Shown here piece after piece: positions 36,601-49,700 of a stretch of 64,000 nucleotides of DNA. The notes below the pieces were generated by a model, which did not search any database, was not told where the DNA came from, and saw nothing but the letters and a program-made list of their open reading frames with translations. Within the stretch, counting starts at the first letter, position 1. Every line of letters begins with the position of its first letter. This DNA is from the human T2T-CHM13v2.0 reference genome, Homo sapiens: assembly GCF_009914755.1 (NCBI RefSeq), contig NC_060925.1. One strand, given 5' to 3'. The position numbers were made by a program, and so were the translations under genes.

Positions 36601-39268
36601 CTTGAAACACTCTTTTTGTGGAATTTGCAAGTGGAGATTTCAGCCGCTTTGAGGTCAATGGTAGAAAAGGAAATATCTTCGTATAAAGACTAGACAGAAT
36701 GATTCTCAGAAACTCCTTTGTGATGTGTGCGTTCAACTCACAGAGTTTAACTTTTCTTTTCATAGAGCAGTTAGGAAACACTCTGTTTGTAAAGTCTGCA
36801 AGTGGATATTCAGACCTCTTTGAGGCCTTCGTTGGAAACGGGATTTCTTCATATTATGCTAGACAGAAGAATTCTCAGTAACTTCCTTGTGTTGTGTGTA
36901 TTCAACTCACAGAGTTGAACGATCCTTTACAGAGAGCAGACTTGAAACACTCTTTTTGTGGAATTTGCAAGTGGAGATTTCAGCCGCTTTGAGGTGAATG
37001 GTAGAATACGAAATATCTTCCTATAGAAACTAGACAGAATGATTCTCAGAAACTCCTTTGTGATGTGTGCGTTCAACTCACAGAGTTTAACCTTTCTTTT
37101 CATAGAGCAGTTAGGAAACACTCTGTTTGAAAAGTCTGCAAGTGGATATTCAGACCTCTTTGAGGCCTTCGTTGGAAACGGGATTTCTTCATATTATGCT
37201 AGACAGAAGAATTCTCAGTAACTTCCTTGTGTTGTGTGTATTCAACTCACAGAGTTGAACGATCCTTTACACAGAGCAGACTTGAAACACTCTTTTTGTG
37301 GAATTTGCAATTTGAGATTACAGCCGCTTTGAGGTCAATAGTAGAAAAGGAAATATCTTCGTAGAAAAACTAGACAGAATGATTCTCAGAAACTCCTTTA
37401 TGATGTGTGTGTTCAACTCACAGAGTTTAACCTTTCTTTTCATAGAGCAGTTAGTAAACACTCTGTTTATAAAGTCTGCAAGTGGATATTCAGATCCCTT
37501 TGTGGCCTTCGTTGGAAACGGGATTTCTTCATATTATGCTAGACAGAAGAATTCTCAGTAACTTCCTTGTGTTGTGTGTATTCAACTGACAGAGTTGAAC
37601 TTTCATTTAGAGAGAGCAGATTTGAAACACTGTTTTTGTGGAATTTGCAAGTGGAGATTTCAAGCGCTTTGGGGCCAAAGGCAGAAAAGGAAATATCTTC
37701 GTATAAAAACTAGACAGAATAATTCTCAGAAACTGCTGCGTGATGTGTGCGTTCAACTCTCAGAGTTTAACTTTTCTTTTCATTCAGCGGTTTGGAAACA
37801 CTCTGTAAAGTCTGCACGTGGATATTTTGACCACTTAGAGGCCTTCGTTGGAAACGGGTTTTTTTCATGTAAGGCTAGACAGAAGAATTCCCAGTAACTT
37901 CCTTGTGTTGTGTGCATTCAACTCACAGAGTTGAACGTTCCCTTAGACAGAGCAGATTTGAAACACTCTATTTGTGCAATTTGCAAGTGTAGATTTCAAG
38001 CGCTTTAAGGTCAATGGCAGAAAAGGAAATATCTTCGTTTCAAAACTAGACAGAATCATTCCGACAAACTGCGTTGTGATGTGTTCGTTCAACTCACAGA
38101 GTTTAACCTTTCTGTTCATAGAGCAGTTAGGAAACACTCTGTTTGTAAAGTCTGTAAGTGGATATTCTGACATCTTGTGGCCTTCGTTGGAAACGGGATT
38201 TCTTCATATTCTGCTAGACAGAAGAATTCTCAGTAACTTCCTTGTGTTGTGTGTATTCAACTCACAGAGTTGAACGATCCTTTACACAGAGCAGACTTGA
38301 AACACTCTTTTTGTGGAATTTGCAAGTGGAGATTTCAGCCGCTTTGAGGTCAATGGTAGAAAAGGAAATATCTTCGTATAAAGACTAGACAGAATGATTC
38401 TCAGAAACTCCTTTGTGATGTGTGCGTTCAACTCACAGAGTTTAACCTTTCTTTTCATAGAGCAGTTAGGAAACACTCTGTTTGTAAAGTCTGCAAGTGG
38501 ATATTCAGACCTCCTTGAGGCCTTCGTTGGAAACGAGATTTCTTCATATTATGCTAGACAGAATAATTCTCAGTAACTTCCTTGTGTTGTGTGTATTCAA
38601 CTCACAGAGTTGAACGATCCTTTACACAGAGCAAACTTGAAACACTCTTTTTGTGGAATTTGCAAGTGGAGATTTCAGCCGCTTTGAGGTCAATGGTAGA
38701 ATAGGAAATATCTTCCTATAGAAACTAGACAGAATGATTCTCAGAAACTCCTTTGTGATGTGTGCGTTCAACTCACAGAGTTTAACCTTTCTTTTCATAG
38801 AGCAGTTAGGAAACACTCTGTTTGTAAAGTCTGCAAGTGGATATTCAGACCTCTTTGAGGCCTTCGTTGGAAACGAGATTTCTTCATATTCTGCTAGACA
38901 GAAGAATTCTCAGTAACTTCCTTGTGTTGTGTGTATTCAACTCACAGAGTTGAACGATCCTTTACACAGAGCAGACTTGAAACACTCTTTTTGTGGAATT
39001 TGCAAGTGGAGATTTCAGCCGCTTTGAGGTCAATAGTAGAAAAGGAAATATCTTCGTAGAAAAACTAGACAGAATGATTCTCAGAAACTCCTTTGTGATG
39101 TGTGTGTTCAACTCACAGAGTTTAACCTTTCTTTTCATAGAGCAGTTAGTAAACACTCTGTTTATAAAGTCTGCAAGTGGATATTCAGACCCCTTTGAGG
39201 CCTTCGTTGGAAACGGGATTTCTTCATATTCTGCTAGACAGAAGAATTCTCAGTAACTTCCTTGTGTT
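21608..39268 (+). repeat. 12-mer-dominated domain: units of 2039, 2039, 1358, 2039, 2039, 1019, 1359, 2039, 2035 and 1695 bp
   Basis: A dimers at 21608, 23647, 25686, 27044, 29083, 31122, 32141, 33500, 35539, 37574 and 39269. Confidence 0.87.
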
Positions 39269-42200
39269 GTGTGTATTCAACTGACAGAGTTGAACTTTCA
39301 TTTAGAGAGAGCAGATTTGAAACACTGTTTTTGTGGAATTTGCAAGTGGAGATTTCAAGCGCTTTGGGGCCAAAGGCAGAAAAGGAAATATCTTCGTATA
39401 AAAACTAGACAGAATCATTCTCATAAACTGCTGCGTGATGTGTGCCTTCAACTCTCAGAGTTTAACTTTTCTTTTCATTCAGCGGTTTGGAAACACTCTG
39501 TTTGTAAAGTCTGCACGTGGATATTTTTGACCACTTAGAGGCCTTCGTTGGAAACGGGTTTTTTTCATGTAAGGCTAGACGGAAGAATTCCCAGTAACTT
39601 CCTTGTGTTGTGTGCATTCAACTCACAGAGTTGAACGTTCCCTTAGACAGAGCAGATTTGAAACACTCTATTTGTGCAATTTGCAAGTGTAGATTTCAAG
39701 CGCTTTAAGGTCAATGGCAGAAAAGGAAATATCTTCGTTTCAAAACTAGACAGAATCATTCCCACAAACTGCGTTGTGATGTGTTCGTTCAACTCACAGA
39801 ATTTAACCTTTCTGTTCATAGAGCAGTTAGGAAACACTCTGTTTGTAAAGTCTGTAAGTGGATATTCTGACATCTTGTGGCCTTCGTTGGAAACGGGATT
39901 TCTTCATATTCTGCTAGACAGAAGAATTCTCAGTAACTTCCTTGTGTTGTGTGTATTCAACTCACAGAGTTGAACGATCCTTTACACAGAGCAGACTTGA
40001 AACACTCTTTTTGTGGAATTTGCAAGTGGAGATTTCAGCCGCTTTGAGGTCAATGGTAGAAAAGGAAATATCTTCGTATAAAGACCAGACAGAATGATTC
40101 TCAGAAACTCCTTTGTGATGTGTGTGTTCAACTCACAGAGTTTCACCTTTCTTTTCATAGAGCAGATAGTAAACACTCTGTTTATACAGTCTGCAAGTGG
40201 ATATTCAGACCCCTTTGAGGCCTTCGTTGGAAACGGGATTTCTTCATATTATGCTAGACAGAAGAATTCTCAGTAACTTCCTTGTGTTGTGTGTATTCAA
40301 CTGACAGAGTTGAACTTTCATTTAGAGAGAGCAGATTTGAAACACTGTTTTTGAGGAATTTGCAAGTGGAGATTTCAAGCGCTTTGGGGCCAAAGGCAGA
40401 AAAGGAAATATCTTCGTATAAAAACTAGACAGAATCATTCTCAGAAACTGCTGCGTGATGTGTGCGTTCAACTCTCAGAGTTTAACTTTTCTTTTCATTC
40501 AGCGGTTTGGAAACACTCTGTTTGTAAAGTCTGCACGTGGATATTTTGACCACTTAGAGGCCTTCGTTGGAAACGGGTTTTTTTCATGTAAGGTTAGACA
40601 GAAGAATTCCCAGTAACTTCCTTGTGTTGTGTGCATTCAACTCACAGAGTTGAACGTTTCCTTAGACAGAGCAGAATTGAAACACTCTATTTGTGCAATT
40701 TGCAAGTGTAGATTTCAAGCGCTTTAAGGTCAATGGCAGAAAAGGAAATATCTTCGTTTCAAAACTAGACAGAATCATTCCCACAAACTGCGTTGTGATG
40801 TGTTCGTTCAACTCACAGAGTTTAACCTTTCTGTTCATAGAGCAGTTAGGAAACACTCTGTTTGTAAAGTCTGTAAGTGGATATTCTGACATCTTGTGGC
40901 CTTTGTTGGAAACGGGATTTCTTCATATTCTGCTAGACAGAAGAATTCTCAGTAACTTCCTTATGTTGTGTGTATTCAACCCACAGAGTTGAACGATCCT
41001 TTACACAGAGCAGACTTGAAACACTCTTTTTGTGGAATTTGCAAGTGGAGATTTCAGCCGCTTTGAGGTCAATGGTAGAAAAGGAAATATCTTCGTATAA
41101 AGACTAGACAGAATGATTCTCAGAAACTCCTTTGTGATGTGTGCGTTCAACTCACAGAGTTTAACCTTTCTTTTCATAGAGCAGTTAGGAAACACTCTGT
41201 TTGTAAAGTCTGCAAGTGGATATTCAGACCTCCTTGAGGCCTTCGTTGGAAACGAGGTTTCTTCATAATATGCTAGACAGAAGAATTCTCAGTAACTTCC
41301 TTGTGTTGTGTGTATTCAACTCACAGAGTTGAACCATCCTTTACAGAGAGCAGACTTGAAACACTCTTTTTGTGGAATTTGCAAGTGGAGATTTCAGCCG
41401 CTTTGAGGTCAATAGTAGAAAAGGAAATATCTTCGTAGAAAAACTAGACAGAATGATTCTCAGAAACTCCTTTGTGATGTGTGTGTTCAACTCACAGAGT
41501 TTAACCTTTCTTTTCATAGAGCAGTTAGGAAACACTCTGTTTGTAAAGTCTGCAAGTGGATATTCAGACCTCTTTGAGGCCTTCGTTGGAAACGGGATTT
41601 CTTCATATTATGCTAGACAGAAGAATTCTCAGTAACTTCCTTGTGTTGTGTGTATTCAACTGACAGAGTTGAACTTTCATTTAGAGAGAGCAGATTTGAA
41701 ACACTGTTTTTGTGGAATTTGCAAGTGGAGATTTCAAGCGCTTTTGGGCCAAAGGCAGAAAAGGAAATATCTTCGTATAAAAACTAGACAGAATCATTCT
41801 CAGAAACTGCTGCATGATGTGTGCGTTCAACTCTCAGAGTTTAACTTTTCTTTTCATTCAGCGGTTTGGAAACACTCTGTTTGTAAAGTCTGCACGTGGA
41901 TATTTTGACCACTTAGAGGCCTTCGTTGGAAACGGGTTTTTTTCATGTAAGGCTAGACAGAAGAATTCCCAGTAACTTCCTTGTGTTGTGTGCATTCAAC
42001 TCACAGAGTTGAACGTTCCCTTAGACAGAGCAGATTTGAAACACTCTAGTTGTGCAATTTGCAAGTGTAGATTTCAAGCGCTTTAAGGTCAATGGCAGAA
42101 AAGGAAATATCTTCGTTTCAAAACTAGACAGAATCATTCCCACAAACTGCGTTGTGATGTGTTCGTTCAACTCACAGAGTTTAACCTTTCTGTTCATAGA

Positions 42201-45200
42201 GCAGTTAGGAAACACTCTGTTTGTAAAGTCTGTAAGTGGATATTCTGACATCTTGTGGCCTTCGTTGGAAACGGGATTTCTTCATATTCTGCTAGACAGA
42301 AGAATTCTCAGTAACTTCCTTGTGTTGTGTGTATTCAACTCACAGAGTTGAACGATCCTTTACACAGAGCAGACTTGAAACACTCTTTTTGTGGAATTTG
42401 CAAGTGGAGATTTCAGCCGCTTTGAGGTCAATGGTAGAAAAGGAAATATCTTCGTATAAAGACTAGACAGAATGATTCTCAGAAACTCCTTTGTGATGTG
42501 TGCGTTCAACTCACAGAGTTTAACTTTTCTTTTCATAGAGCAGTTAGGAAACACTCTGTTTGTAAAGTCTGCAAGTGGATATTCAGACCTCTTTGAGGCC
42601 TTCGTTGGAAACGGGATTTCTTCATATTATGCTAGACAGAATACTTCTCAGTAACTTCCTTGTGTTGTGTGTATTCAACTCACAGAGTTGAACGATCCTT
42701 TACAGAGAGCAGACTTGAAACACTCTTTTTGTGGAATTTGCAAGTGGAGATTTCAGCCGCTTTGAGCTCAATGGTAGAATAGGAAATATCTTCCTATAGA
42801 AACTAGACAGAATGATTCTCAGAAACTCCTTTGTGATGTGTGCGTTCAACTCACAGAGTTTAACCTTTCTTTTCATAGAGCAGTTAGGAAACACTCTGTT
42901 TGTAAAGTCTGCAAGTGGATATTCAGACCTCTTTGAAGCCTTCGTTGGAAACGGGATTTCTTCATATTCTGCTAGACAGAAGAATTCTCAGTAACTTGCT
43001 TGTGTTGTGTGTATTCAACTCACAGAGTTGAACGAACCTTTACACAGAGCAGACTTGAAACACTCTTTTTGTGGAATTTGCAAGTGGAGATTTCAGCCGC
43101 TTTGAGGTCAATTGTAGAAAAGGAAATATCTTCGTAGAAAAACTAGACAGAATGATTCTCAGAAACTCCTTTGTGATGTGTGTGTTCAACTCACAGAGTT
43201 TAACCTTTCTTTTCATAGAGCAGTTAGGAAACACTCTGTTTATAAAGTCTGCAAGTGGATATTCAGACCCCTTTGTGGCCTTCGTTGGAAACGGGATTTC
43301 TTCATATTATGCTAGACAGAAGAATTCTCAGTAACTTCCTTGTGTTGTGTGTATTCAACTGACAGAATTGAACTTTCATTTAGAGAGAGCAGATTTGAAA
43401 CACTGTTTTTGTGGTATTTGCAAGTGGAGATTTCAAGCGCTTTGGGGCCAAAGGCAGAAAAGGAAATATCTTCGTATAAAAACTAGACAGAATAATTCTC
43501 AGAAACTGCTGCGTGATGTGTGCGTTCAACTCTCAGAGTTTAACTTTTCTTTTCATTCAGCGGTTTGGAAACACTCTGTAAAGTCTGCACGTGGATATTT
43601 TGACCACTTAGATGCCTTCGTTGGAAACGGGTTTTTTTCATGTAAGGCTAGACAGAAGAATTCCCAGTAACTTCCTTGTGTTGTGTGCATTCAACTCACA
43701 GAGTTGAACGTTCCCTTAGACAGAGCAGATTTGAAACACTCTATTTGTGCAATTTGCAAGTGTAGATTTCAAGCGCTTTAAGGTCAATGGCAGAAAAGGA
43801 AATATCTTCGTTTCAAAACTACAGAGAATCATTCCCACAAACTGCGTTGTGATGTGTTCGTTCAACTCACAGAGTTTAACCTTTCTATTCATAGAGCAGT
43901 TAGGAAACACTCTGTTTGTAAAGTCTGTAAGTGGATATTCTGACATCTTGTGGCATTTGTTGGAAACGGGATTTCTTCATATTCTGCTAGACAGAAGAAT
44001 TCTCAGTAACTTCCTTGTGTTGTGTGTATTCAACCCACAGAGTTGAACGATCCTTTACACAGAGCAGACTTGAAACACTCTTTTTCTGGAATTTGCAAGT
44101 GGAGATTTCAGCCGCTTTGAGGTCAATGGTAGAATAGGAAATATCTTCCTATAGAAACTAGACAGAATGATTCTCATAAACTACTTTGTGATGTGTGCGT
44201 TCAACTCACAGAGTTTAACCTTTCTTTTCATAGAGCAGTTAGGAAACACTCTGTTTGTAAAGTCTGCAAGTGGATATTCAGACCTCTTTGAGGCCTTCGT
44301 TGGAAACGGGATTTCTTCATATTCTGCTAGACAGAAGAATTCTCAGTAACTTCCTTGTGTTGTGTGTATTCAACTCACAGAGTTGAACGATCCTTTACAC
44401 AGAGCATTCTTGAAACACTCTTTTTGTGGAATTTGCAAGTGGAGATTTCAGCCGCTTTGAGGTCAATAGTAGAAAAGGAAATATCTTCGTAGAAAAACTA
44501 GACAGAATGATTCTCAGAAACTCCTTTGTGATGTGTGTGTTCAACTCACAGAGTTGAACCTTTCTTTTCATAGAGCAGTAAGTAAACACTCTGTTTATAA
44601 AGTCTGCAAGTGGATATTCAGACCCCTTTGAGGCCTTCGTTGGAAACGGGATTTCTTCATATTATGCTAGACAGAAGAATTCTCAGTAACTTCCTTGTGT
44701 TGTGTGTATTCAACTGACAGAGTTGAACTTTCATTTAGAGAGAGCAGATTTGAAACACTGTTTTTGTGGAATTTGCAAGTGGAGATTTCAAGCGCTTTGG
44801 GGCCAAAGGCAGAAAAGGAAATATCTTCGTATAAAAACTAGACAGAATCATTCTCAGAAACTGCTGCGTGATGTGTGCGTTCAACTCTCAGAGTTTAACT
44901 TTTCTTTTCATTCAGCGGTTTGGAAACACTCTGTTTGTAAAGTCTGCACGTGGATATTTTGACCACTTAGAGGCCTTCGTTGGAAACGGGTTTTTTTCAT
45001 GTAAGGCTAGACAGAAGAATTCCCAGTAACTTCCTTGTGTTGTGTGCATTCAACTCACAGAGTTGAACGTTCCCTTAGACAGAGCAGATTTGAAACACTC
45101 TATTTGTGCAATTTGCAAGTGTAGATTTCAAGCGCTTTAAGGTCAATGGCAGAAAAGGAAATATCTTCGTTTCAAAACTAGACAGAATCATTCCCACAAA

Positions 45201-46740
45201 CTGCGTTGTGATGTGTTCGTTCAACTCACAGAGTTTAACCTTTCTGTTCATAGAGCAGTTAGGAAACACTCTGTTTGTAAAGTCTGTAAGTGGATATTCT
45301 GACATCTTGTGGCCTTCGTTGGAAAGGGGATTTCTTCATATTCCGCTAGACAGAAGAATTCTCAGTAACTTCCTTGTGTTGTGTGTATTCAACTCACAGA
45401 GTTGAACGATCCTTTACACAGAGCAGACTTGAAACACTCTTTTTGTGGAATTTGCAAGTGGAGATTTCAGCCGCTTTGAGGTCAATGGTAGAAAAGGAAA
45501 TATCTTCGTATAAAGACTAGACAGAATGATTCTCAGAAACTCCTTTGTGATGTGTGCGTTCAACTCACAGAGTTTAACTTTTCTTTTCATAGAGCAGTTA
45601 GGAAACACTCTGTTTGTAAAGTCTGCAAGTGGATATTCAGACCTCTTTGAGGCCTTCGTTGGAAACGGGATTTCTTCATATTATGCTAGACAGAATAATT
45701 CTCAGTAACTTCCTTGTGTTGTGTGTATTCAACTCACAGAGTTGAACGATCCTTTACAGAGAGCAGACTTGAAACACTCTTTTTGTGGAATTTGCAAGTG
45801 GAGATTTCAGCCGCTTTGAGGTCAATGGTAGAATAGGAAATATCTTCCTATAGAAACTAGACAGAATGATTCTCAGAAACTCCTTTGTGATGTGTGCGTT
45901 CAACTCACAGAGTTTAACCTTTCTTTTCATAGAGCAGTTAGGAAACACTCTGTTTGTAAAGTCTGCAAGTGGATATTCAGACCTCTTTGAGGCCTTCGTT
46001 GGAAACGGGATTTCTTCATATTCTGCTAGACAGAAGAATTCTCAGTAACTTCCTTGTGTTGTGTGTATTCAACTCACAGAGTTGAACTGTCCTTTACACA
46101 GAGCAGACTTGAAACACTCTTTTTCTGGAATTTGCAAGTGGAGATTTCAGCCGCTTTGAGGTCAATGGTAGAAAAGGAAATATCTTCCTATAGAAACTAG
46201 ACAGAATGATTCTCATAAACTACTTTGTGATGTGTGCGTTCAACTCACAGAGTTTAACCTTTCTTTTCATAGAGCAGTTAGGAAACACTCTGTTTGTAAA
46301 GTCTGCAAGTGGATATTCAGACCTCTTTGAGGCCTTCGTTGGAAACGGGATTTCTTCATATTCTGCTAGACAGAAGAATTCTCAGTAACTTCCTTGTGTT
46401 GTGTGTATTCAACTCACAGAGTTGAACGATCCTTTACACAGAGCATTCTTGAAACACTCTTTTTGTGGAATTTGCAATTGGAGATTTCAGCCGCTTTGAG
46501 GTCAATAGTAGAAAAGGAAATATCTTCGTAGAAAAACTAGACAGAATGATTCTCAGAAACTCCTTTGTGATGTGTGTGTTCAACTCACAGAGTTTAACCT
46601 TTCTTTTCATAGAGCAGTTAGTAAACACTCTGTTTATAAAGTCTGCAAGTGGATATTCAGACCCCTTTGAGGCCTTCGTTGCAAACGGGATTTCTTCATA
46701 TTCTGATAGACAGAAGAATTCTCAGTAACTTCCTTGTGTT
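39269..46740 (+). repeat. 7472 bp super-repeat copy 1 (6+8+10+8+12 = 44 monomers)
   Basis: Unit lengths 1020, 1359, 1699, 1355, 2039; private variants recur at +7472. Confidence 0.92.
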
Positions 46741-49700
46741 GTGTGTATTCAACTGACAGAGTTGAACTTTCATTTAGAGAGAGCAGGTTTGAAACATTGT
46801 TTTTGTGGAATTTGCAAGTGGAGATTTCAAGCGCTTTGGGGCCAAAGGCAGAAAAGGAAATATCTTCGTATAAAAACTAGACAGAATCATTCTCATAAAC
46901 TGCTGCGTGATGTGTGCCTTCAACTCTCAGAGTTTAACTTTTCTTTTCATTCAGCGGTTTGGAAACACTCTGTTTGTAAAGTCTGCACGTGGATATTTTT
47001 GACCACTTAGAGGCCTTCGTTGGAAACGGGTTTTTTTCATGTAAGGCTAGACGGAAGAATTCCCAGTAACTTCCTTGTGTTGTGTGCATTTAACTCACAG
47101 AGTTGAACGTTCCCTTAGACAGAGCAGATTTGAAACACTCTATTTGTGCAATTTGCAAGTGTAGATTTCAAGCGCTTTAAGGTCAATGGCAGAAAAGGAA
47201 ATATCTTCGTTTCAAAACTAGACAGAATCATTCCCACAAACTGCGTTGTGATGTGTTCGTTCAACTCACAGAATTTAACCTTTCTGTTCATAGAGCAGTT
47301 AGGAAACACTCTGTTTGTAAAGTGTGTAAGTGGATATTCTGACATCTTGTGGCCTTCGTTGGAAACGGGATTTCTTCATATTCTGCTAGACAGAAGAATT
47401 CTCAGTAACTTCCTTGTGTTGTGTGTATTCAACTCACAGAGTTGAACGATCCTTTACACAGAGCAGACTTGAAACACTCTTTTTGTGGAATTTGCAAGTG
47501 GAGATTTCAGCCGCTTTGAGGTCAATGGTAGAAAAGGAAATATCTTCGTATAAAGACCAGACAGAATGATTCTCAGAAACTCCTTTGTGATGTGTGTGTT
47601 CAACTCACAGAGTTTCACCTTTCTTTTCATAGAGCAGATAGTAAACACTCTGTTTATACAGTCTGCAAGTGGATATTCAGACCCCTTTGAGGCCTTCGTT
47701 GGAAACGGGATTTCTTCATATTATGCTAGACAGAAGAATTCTCAGTAACTTCCTTGTGTTGTGTGTATTCAACTGACAGAGTTGAACTTTCATTTAGAGA
47801 GAGCAGATTTGAAACACTGTTTTTGAGGAATTTGCAAGTGGAGATTTCAAGCGCTTTGGGGCCAAAGGCAGAAAAGGAAATATCTTCGTATAAAAACTAG
47901 ACAGAATCATTCTCAGAAACTGCTGCGTGATGTGTGCGTTCAACTCTCAGAGTTTAACTTTTCTTTTCATTCAGCGGTTTGGAAACACTCTGTTTGTAAA
48001 GTCTGCACGTGGATATTTTGACCACTTAGAGGCCTTCGTTGGAAACGGGTTTTTTTCATGTAAGGTTAGACAGAAGAATTCCCAGTAACTTCCTTGTGTT
48101 GTGTGCATTCAACTCACAGAGTTGAACGTTTCCTTAGACAGAGCAGAATTGAAACACTCTATTTGTGCAATTTTCAAGTGTAGATTTCAAGCGCTTTAAG
48201 GTCAATGGCAGAAAAGGAAATATCTTCGTTTCAAAACTAGACAGAATCATTCCCACAAACTGCGTTGTGATGTGTTCGTTCAACTCACAGAGTTTAACCT
48301 TTCTGTTCATAGAGCAGTTAGGAAAAACTCTGTTTGTAAAGTCTGTAAGTGGATATTCTGACATCTTGTGGCCTTTGTTGGAAACGGGATTTCTTCATAT
48401 TCTGCTAGACAGAAGAATTCTCAGTAACTTCCTTATGTTGTGTGTATTCAACCCACAGAGTTGAACGATCCTTTACACAGAGCAGACTTGAAACACTCTT
48501 TTTGTGGAATTTGCAAGTGGAGATTTCAGCCGCTTTGAGGTCAATGGTAGAAAAGGAAATATCTTCGTATAAAGACTAGACAGAATGATTCTCAGAAACT
48601 CCTTTGTGATGTGTGCGTTCAACTCACAGAGTTTAACCTTTCTTTTCATAGAGCAGTTAGGAAACACTCTGTTTGTAAAGTCTGCAAGTGGATATTCAGA
48701 CCTCCTTGAGGCCTTCGTTGGAAACGAGGTTTCTTCATAATATGCTAGACAGAAGAATTCTCAGTAACTTCCTTGTGTTGTGTGTATTCAACTCACAGAG
48801 TTGAACCATCCTTTACAGAGAGCAGACTTGAAACACTCTTTTTGTGGAATTTGCAAGTGGAGATTTCAGCCGCTTTGAGGTCAATAGTAGAAAAGGAAAT
48901 ATCTTCGTAGAAAAACTAGACAGAATGATTCTCAGAAACTCCTTTGTGATGTGTGTGTTCAACTCACAGAGTTTAACCTTTCTTTTCATAGAGCAGTTAG
49001 GAAACACTCTGTTTGTAAAGTCTGCAAGTGGATATTCAGACCTCTTTGAGGCCTTCGTTGGAAACGGGATTTCTTCATATTATGCTAGACAGAAGAATTC
49101 TCAGTAACTTCCTTGTGTTGTGTGTATTCAACTGACAGAGTTGAACTTTCATTTAGAGAGAGCAGATTTGAAACACTGTTTTTGTGGAATTTGCAAGTGG
49201 AGATTTCAAGCGCTTTTGGGCCAAAGGCAGAAAAGGAAATATCTTCGTATAAAAACTAGACAGAATCATTCTCAGAAACTGCTGCATGATGTGTGCGTTC
49301 AACTCTCAGAGTTTAACTTTTCTTTTCATTCAGCGGTTTGGAAACACTCTGTTTGTAAAGTCTGCACGTGGATATTTTGACCACTTAGAGGCCTTCGTTG
49401 GAAACGGGTTTTTTTCATGTAAGGCTAGACAGAAGAATTCCCAGTAACTTCCTTGTGTTGTGTGCATTCAACTCACAGAGTTGAACGTTCCCTTAGACAG
49501 AGCAGATTTGAAACACTCTAGTTGTGCAATTTGCAAGTGTAGATTTCAAGCGCTTTAAGGTCAATGGCAGAAAAGGAAATATCTTCGTTTCAAAACTAGA
49601 CAGAATGATTCCCACAAACTGCGTTGTGATGTGTTCGTTCAACTCACAGAGTTTAACCTTTCTGTTCATAGAGCAGTTAGGAAACACTCTGTTTGTAAAG

